Shown one piece after another: positions 57,109-64,000 of a stretch of DNA of 64,000 nucleotides (positions are counted from its first letter, which is position 1; every line of letters begins with the position of its first letter). Made by a program: the position numbers and the translations under genes. The notes below the pieces were generated by a model. It was not told the origin of the DNA. It searched no databases and saw nothing but the letters and a program-made list of their open reading frames with translations. Where the stretch lies: NCBI GenBank assembly GCA_951406725.2, contig OX597823.1, positions 105,834,001 through 105,898,000 on the forward strand, in the 5' to 3' direction. This stretch comes from Octopus vulgaris. Its lineage: Eukaryota.

Positions 57109-58003
57109 TACATACATATATATGTATGCATGTTTGTATGTATGTTTCTATGTATATTCAAATATATATATGTGTGTGTACGTATTTATATATAAGTGTA
57201 GATGTATGACTGTCTCACAGTCATACATGTATGCGTTCATTTGTGTCTTTACATAAATACTTACATCCACCATCCATCCATCCATCCATACATAATACAT
57301 ACACACGCACACACCACACACATATACATATATATATACATACATATATACATATATACTTGTGTGATTGCTTTCCCCTATGTGTAAGTGTGTGTGTGTG
57401 TGTGTGTGTGTGTGTTCTTGTATTTGTGAAGCTTTGGATCTAATTTCCTTGGTCTGCTTCGATTCACTCATCACTGTTGTTAGGGACAGATAGCAGTGGT
57501 GGCGGCGGTGGCGGTGGTGCCGATGCTGATAGCGCTTGTGTTAGGGCTAGTGAAGGTAGTAATGCTAATGTCGGGTGTGGACAGGTGAGGGTGGGAATAT
57601 CGAATTGGTCTGCTAACATTATTTATTTATTTCTATATTTATTTATTATCATGTATTATATATATGTATTTTATTTATTTATTCGGATTTTTCAAAGTCC
57701 AGCTGGTTCCATCGTCGGAGGTCATTTAACGGCTAGACACGCTTCTGCATTAATTAAATCTGTCTTAGGAATGATGACCTCAAGAACACAAAGCCAGTTA
57801 GACCATGCCATTCTGTTACCCCTTCTTCTCTTTCTAGCTCCCTTCGATTCCTCTCTCTCGCTCTTTCTCTCTTTTTCTCTGCTTCAGACATTCATCAAGG
57901 CGTTAATCAAACGCTTCAAGCAGAGATGGACTTTGTGCTGCTTTCCATTTCCTGCACATACACACATACATAAATACATACATACATAATATATATTTAT
58001 TAT

Positions 58004-58054
<51 letters not shown>

Positions 58055-58132
58055 TGTGTGTGTATACGTATATATATATATATATATATGTGTGTGTGCA
58101 TATGTATATATGTATATATACATATATATATG

Positions 58133-58180
<48 letters not shown>

Positions 58181-58208
58181 CATACATATATATGTATATA
58201 CATACATA

Positions 58209-58270
<62 letters not shown>

Positions 58271-59201
58271 TATATATGTATATATACACATACATGCATA
58301 TATATATATCTTATTTATCTATTAGTTCACCCTACACTTGACTGATAAAAAAAAAGCACCCTGTCCTTTCCTATGCACCACATCACACACAAAGAAAAAA
58401 AGCATACAAAAACAGACACAACAAAACCAAATTGAAAAATATATAAAAGAAAAAAATATATAAAAGAAAAAAATATAGCGGAGAGAAAGGGCAAGGGTGT
58501 GAAATAGGAATAAAATTGATAAAAATCCCCTGCACCCCGTCATGTTATTCCTCTGTCCAGTCTCCCATCATTTCTCTATCACCAAATTTCAGAAGGGAGA
58601 AAGACCTTTGTTCGTTTGATCATTTACCGGAGCTGTTTGCAATAGTTATAGTTGTTGTTGTTATTGGTGATGGGTAGCATTGTTGTTGTTATTGCTGTTG
58701 TTGTTACTGTTGTTGTTGTTACTGTTGTTGTTCTTGCAGTTATTGTTGTTATTTACATAAAGTCGTAGGTCGTTCCGTTCAAATGTTGTCCTTATTGTCT
58801 CTGGTTTGCGTATTGTCCTGGCAAAGAAGATTACGAAGATACTTAAAGTATTTTTAAGATGACCAATACACAGATGCACTCTCTCATCGCTCGCCCACCG
58901 CTTCCACGCGTGTACGCGTTCGTGTATACATACAAACACGTACGTATATGCAAATGTGTTTGTTCGCAGCATGGCTGTATGTACACGCACACACATATGT
59001 ATATACATGTACGTATATTTGAATATATGTACATAAGTGATACGTGCGCGCGTGCACACACACACACTCATGGATAGATATGCGTATATATCTGTGTCTA
59101 TTGATGCCTCTATCTACATATAACTATGCACACACATATTTACATATTTACACACATATGTATGTATATATAAATATAAATATATGTATATATATATAGA
59201 T

Positions 59202-59270
<69 letters not shown>

Positions 59271-59830
59271 CGAGGGTGAGTCAAAAAGTAATGTTTAGGA
59301 CAGGTATAATTACCAACACAGGAACATGTATCATACATCAAAATGAAGCTGGTCTTCTGTGGATCACATCCCTACTTCTCAACATAGTCACCATTTCTCT
59401 CAACAGCAATGTTCCACCTTCGAATGAGACCATGTATCCCTACCCCGTAAAATTGTGTTGACTGTTCTTTGAGCCACTTCTTCACTACAGTTTTCACTTC
59501 TTCGTCACTGGAATAATTTAGCGCCTTCAGATTAACATATCTTCGGCTCCATGAAAGAGAGTTTGAGAGGCAAACATTATTCCAATGACGAGGAAGTGAA
59601 AACGGTAGTGAAAAAGTGACTCAAAGAACAGTCAACAGAATTTTACGGGGTAAGAATACATGCTCTTATTCGAAGGTAGAACATTGCTATTTAGAGAAAC
59701 GGGGACTATGTCGAGAAGTAGGGGTGTGATCCACAGAAGACCAGCTTCCTTTTGATCTATGATACATGTTCCTGTGTTGGTAATTATACCTGTCCTAAGC
59801 AAATTGGTATTACTCTTTGACTCACCCTCG
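59271..59830. mobile_element. Palindromic mariner (DD34D) derivative made of two 3' ends head-to-head
   Basis: TA|CGAGGGTGAGTCAAA..TTTGACTCACCCTCG|TA. Arms ~59271-59518 and 59576-59830. 59518-59721 encodes LAPSD*HIFGSMKESLRGKHYSNDEEVK..NGDYVEK*. Confidence 0.9.
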
Positions 59831-59861
59831 TACACACACACGCACACACACACACACACAT

Positions 59862-59893
<32 letters not shown>

Positions 59894-59984
59894 GTATATA
59901 TATATCTACAGGCACACTTGAAGTAGCAGTAGCAGCAGCAGTAGTAGTAGTCGAGTGAGAATTCGCCACTGTATTTAGTAGTGT

Positions 59985-60141
59985 CATTGGAACCGATGGA
60001 AACGTGACTGGCTCGCTATCTCCAGTGAACTGGCGTAGGATCGTCGTGCGTGGGCTGCCTTGGTTCGAGATGCGTCGAGGGTGGTAGAAGAAGCCGACTC
60101 AACCCGCCCAGGGTGAATGTTGCCACAAGTACAAGTAAGTA
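59985..60141 (+). mobile_element. Probable RTE LINE 3' tail
   Basis: GC-rich segment (..ELA*DR../WRRIV) ending in the short tandem tail CAAGTACAAGTAAGTA. Confidence 0.45.
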
Positions 60142-60158
60142 CAGGCACACCCGCACAC

Positions 60159-60197
<39 letters not shown>

Positions 60198-60305
60198 CAA
60201 AATGGGACAAGAACGCAAAACAAAACACCCAAATAGACGATATAAAAAACACGGACGGGTCATTCGAAGCCTTTAATCTTCAGTCAAGAACCGGATCATC
60301 CTCGC

Positions 60306-60361
<56 letters not shown>

Positions 60362-60384
60362 GTGTGTGTGTGTATTTGCGGGCC

Positions 60385-60615
60385 CATCTTTGTTTTTATG
60401 TTTGTCCACCACCACCGCTTGACCACCGGTGTTGGTTTGTATACGTCCCCAAAACAATAACTGTTCGGAAAAAGAGACCGATAGTATACGTATTATAGTT
60501 TAGAAAATAATTATTTGGGTCGACTCGTTCGACTAAAGACCTTTCGAAGCAACGTCACACCACAGACATCGTCCAATGACAGACAAATAAAAGATGAAAG
60601 ATACACACACACACA

Positions 60616-60662
<47 letters not shown>

Positions 60663-61330
60663 ACACACACACATAGGCGAAGGTGTGGTTGTGTAGTAAA
60701 ATGTTTGCTTCCCAGCCACATGGTTGCGGATTCACTCTCACTGCGTAGCATTTTGGGCAAGTGTCTTCTAATATTGCCTCGGGTGGACCAAAGCCTTGTG
60801 AGTGGATGTGGTAGACGCCCGCCGTATATATATGTATGTATATATATATATATATATATATTGTATATATTTGTGTGTTTGTGCCTGTTTTGGTCTCCCC
60901 CTCCACCACCACCACCACCACCACCACCACCACCACCACACACGTACCATCGCTTGACAACTGATGCTGGTGTCTTTACGTCTCCGTAACTTAGCCGTTC
61001 GGCCAAAGAATCGATAGAATAAGAAGCATACTTACAAGGTATAAAGGCGGTGAGCTGGCAGAAATGCTTAGCGGTATTTCGTCTGCCTTTACGTTCTGAG
61101 TTCAAATTCCACCGAGGTCGACTTCACTTTTCATCCTTTCGGAGTCGATAAATTAAGTACCAGTTGCGTACTGGGGTCGAGCTAATCGACTGCCCCCTCC
61201 CCCAAAATTTAGGGCCTTGTAACTAGAGTAAAAAAGACTTACAAGGAATAAGTCCTTCGGTTAAGACTCTTCACGGTGGTACTCCAGCATGGCCGCAATC
61301 AAATGACTGAAACAAGTAAAAAAATAAAAG
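60385..61330 (+). mobile_element. SINE family B copies (60385-60598 and 60675-61330)
   Basis: Head GGCGAAGGTGTGGTTGTGTAGT.., central microsatellite, tail CAGCATGGCCGCAATCAAATGACTGAAACAAG. Confidence 0.85.
61045..61236 (+). mobile_element. SINE family A nested in SINE B with a 15-bp TSD
   Basis: TSD ACTTACAAGG(T/A)ATAA at 61030-61044 and 61237-61251. Confidence 0.9.
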
Positions 61331-61407
61331 AATCTATCCATCTATTTATCTATCTATTTATACATAAATATGTGTGTGTGTGTATGTATATGTATGCACA
61401 AATACTA

Positions 61408-61448
<41 letters not shown>

Positions 61449-62401
61449 AAGAGAAGGGATATAGAATGAAACAAGTTTGTAAATTAATTTACAATTGAGT
61501 CTCTCCGACACCTACCAGCCCTACCACGACCACCACCACTAATAATATTTTGAAAATTGCTATTTTTTGGAACATCGTTATTATTGTTGTTCATCGCGTC
61601 GGTAACGTTGTTGTTGTTGTTATTGCTGTTGTAATCGTTGTTGCTCTTGTTGGCGTCGTCGTTGTCGTGGCAGCCGTTTCTGTCCATTGTGCTTGCTCTT
61701 TTTTTTTTTGTGGATTTCATTCTTGAAGTCTTTTTCTTTTCAGAATCCTGAATGTTACTCATGATCTACACAAAAGAACCTTCCTACACAGACAAACACG
61801 CACAAACATGCAGAAACGCATACACAGATGACCATACAAATACAAACACAAACATACACGAACATACACACAAACACACACACGGAAGTGCGTGTGTATG
61901 TGTCTGTCCATCTGTCTGTCTTTCTTTCTTTCTTTCTCTCTCTCTCCCTCTCATACATGTATGCATGCTTACAAATATTTCGTTGAATGTTGACCCTTCA
62001 CAAATCATCACCCCCATGTTTATTGTTTCCGATTTTCAGACGATAGTGTAAAACTGACTTGAAACAACACAAACATATGTGATCTATAATATGAAACATT
62101 GAATTTACATGTATTTTCTACAGAATTCGACAACACATCATCTTCTTGTTTCCGTTCATCCTCTCATTGTCATTTTTCTTAGAGGCCAATCTTTATATTT
62201 TTTCTATTTTCCTTGCTCTTTCTCCGTCTATCTGTATGTTTGTCTCTGTCTGTCTGTCTCTCTCTCTACCTCTTTCTATGTCTATTCTTCCTTCTTTTCT
62301 CTCGTTTCTTTTCGCCCGCTGTTTATTTCTTTCTCCTCCAAGTACAACGCAACTAACATTACCCTAGTTCCTTCTCACTGACATTATTACAAATACGTCA
62401 G

Positions 62402-62815
62402 GGCATTTCATCAGTCTTTACGTTCTGAGTTCAAGATTTCGCCGAGGTCGACTATGCCTTTCATCCTTTCGGGATCGATCAAATACGAATCAGCTGAGCA
62501 CTGGAGTCAATGTAATCAGCTTAACCCTCTCCAGAAATTGCTGGCCTTGTGCCAAAATTTGAAAGTATTGTTACGATGGCGTTTATAGATGACGTTTCAA
62601 TCGGTTTAAAGAGGCGATATGGCTGAATCATTAGCATGCCGGACAAAATAATTATTGACATTTCTTCCGGCTCTTTATATTCTGAGTTCGAATGATACAG
62701 ATGTTGACTTTGTATTTCATCCATCCGGGGTCGATAAATAAATACCAGTTCATCACTGGTGTCGATGTAATCGACTTACTTCTCTTCTAAATTTCAGGCC
62801 TTGTGCCTATAATAG
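62402..62815 (+). mobile_element. Two SINE family A copies with alternative tails
   Basis: Cores at ~62445 and ~62705. Tails GGCCTTGTGCC. Confidence 0.8.
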
Positions 62816-62845
62816 AATTATTACAATGACGCCAACATTATTACC

Positions 62846-63260
62846 TATTTCTTTACTACCCATAAGGGGCTAAACACAGAGGGGACAAACAAGGACAGAC
62901 AAACGGATTAAGTCGATTACATCGATGCCAGTGTGTAAATGGTACTTAATTTATCGACCCCGAGAGGATGAAAGGCAAAGTCGACCTTGGTGGAATTTGA
63001 ACTCAGAACGTAGCGGCAGACGAAATACCTATTTCTTCACTACCCACAAGGGGCTAAACATAGAGGGGACAAACAAAGACAGACACATGGAATAAGTCGA
63101 TTAGATCGACGCCAGTGTGTAACTGGTACTTAATTTATCGACCCCGAGAGGATGAAAGTCAAAGTCGTCCTCGGCGGAATTTGAACTCAGAATGTAGCGG
63201 CAGACGAAATACGGCTACGCATTTCGCCCGGCGTGCTAACGTTTCTGCCAGCTCGCCGCC
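62846..63260 (-). mobile_element. Tandem-dimeric SINE family A with TSD
   Basis: TSD AACATTATTACC at 62834-62845 and 63261-63272. Internal junction at ~63025. Confidence 0.92.
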
Positions 63261-63791
63261 AACATTATTACCGTAACAGCAACACTCTTCTTTTGACACG
63301 GGCACCAATATCACTACTACCATGTCACCCTTACTATTACATCGACACCGACACTATCACTATCCTTTTACCTTGATATCAACATTATTATATTACTAAC
63401 ATCATTATATTGTCCCTAACGCTATTAAATTGACAGCAACACAATTGCCTAACATATACATTATTATCTCTCACCAACAATATTACCGAAAATTATTACA
63501 TAATGTGAACACTATTACACTGTTACCGATATTATTACAATAACAGTGACACTAGTTTGATATTTGATTTATACAATTTCATTTCTCTATTGAATAAATA
63601 TGAAAAGACATCAGAGGATAGAGATTCGCGATTTAATATTTAAAACATCTTTATTGAGTCTTAAAGTGTCAATGTTTAACTTCAAGTAAGTTTTATTCAC
63701 ATATGGATGTATTTAATAGTTTACGTATTACTATTAAGATCGCTGTGTTAATGTTTAGTATTCCAACTGATATATATAAGCATGTATGTAA

Positions 63792-64000
63792 GGCGTGGAG
63801 CTGGCAGAAACGTTAGCACGCCGGGCGAAATGCGTAGCCGTACTTCGTCTGCCGCTACGTTCTGAGTTCAAATTCCGCCGAGGTCGACTTTGCCTTTCAT
63901 CCTTTCGGGGTCGATAAATTAATTACCAGTTACGCACTGGGGTAGATGTAATCGACTTAATCCGTTTGTCTGTCCTTGTTTGTCCCCTCTATGTTTAGCC
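63792..64000 (+). mobile_element. SINE family A (young; runs off the window)
   Basis: GAGCTGGCAGAAACGTTAGCACGCCGGGCG..GAGGTCGACTTTGCCTTTCATCC. Confidence 0.92.

Noticed and set aside
57477-57989. 170-aa ORF
   Set aside because: Non-ATG start, spans low-complexity and AT-rich tracts, and has no recognisable domain.

Overview
Eukaryotic, AT-rich window saturated with microsatellites. I recognise no intact protein-coding gene and no rRNA, true tRNA or CRISPR array. Nearly all ORFs in the track are translations of (TA)n, (CA)n, (GATA)n, (AAT)n and (GAA)n repeats. The repeat content resembles a coleoid cephalopod (octopus-like) intergenic or large-intron region (inference from SINE families and microsatellite load). 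Supported content: a 5'-truncated, decayed Tx1/L1-clade LINE; an internally deleted Tc1 element; a palindromic mariner derivative; several MITE or fold-back elements; RTE and CR1-like 3' fragments; and many copies of at least four tRNA-derived or SINE-like families. The most interesting signal is a set of at least 7 minimal type-I hammerhead-ribozyme (HHR) motifs with one shared architecture: core, one extra nucleotide, stem II, GAAA and usually a palindromic helix III. They sit in short non-coding elements, mostly beside (TA)n and often with inverted arms. One copy is fused to a tRNA-like Pol III head, suggesting a ribozyme-bearing SINE or retrozyme linked to Penelope-like elements. The dominant SINE also shares its 3' tail with the Tx1 LINE in the window. 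All alignments and folds were done by eye.
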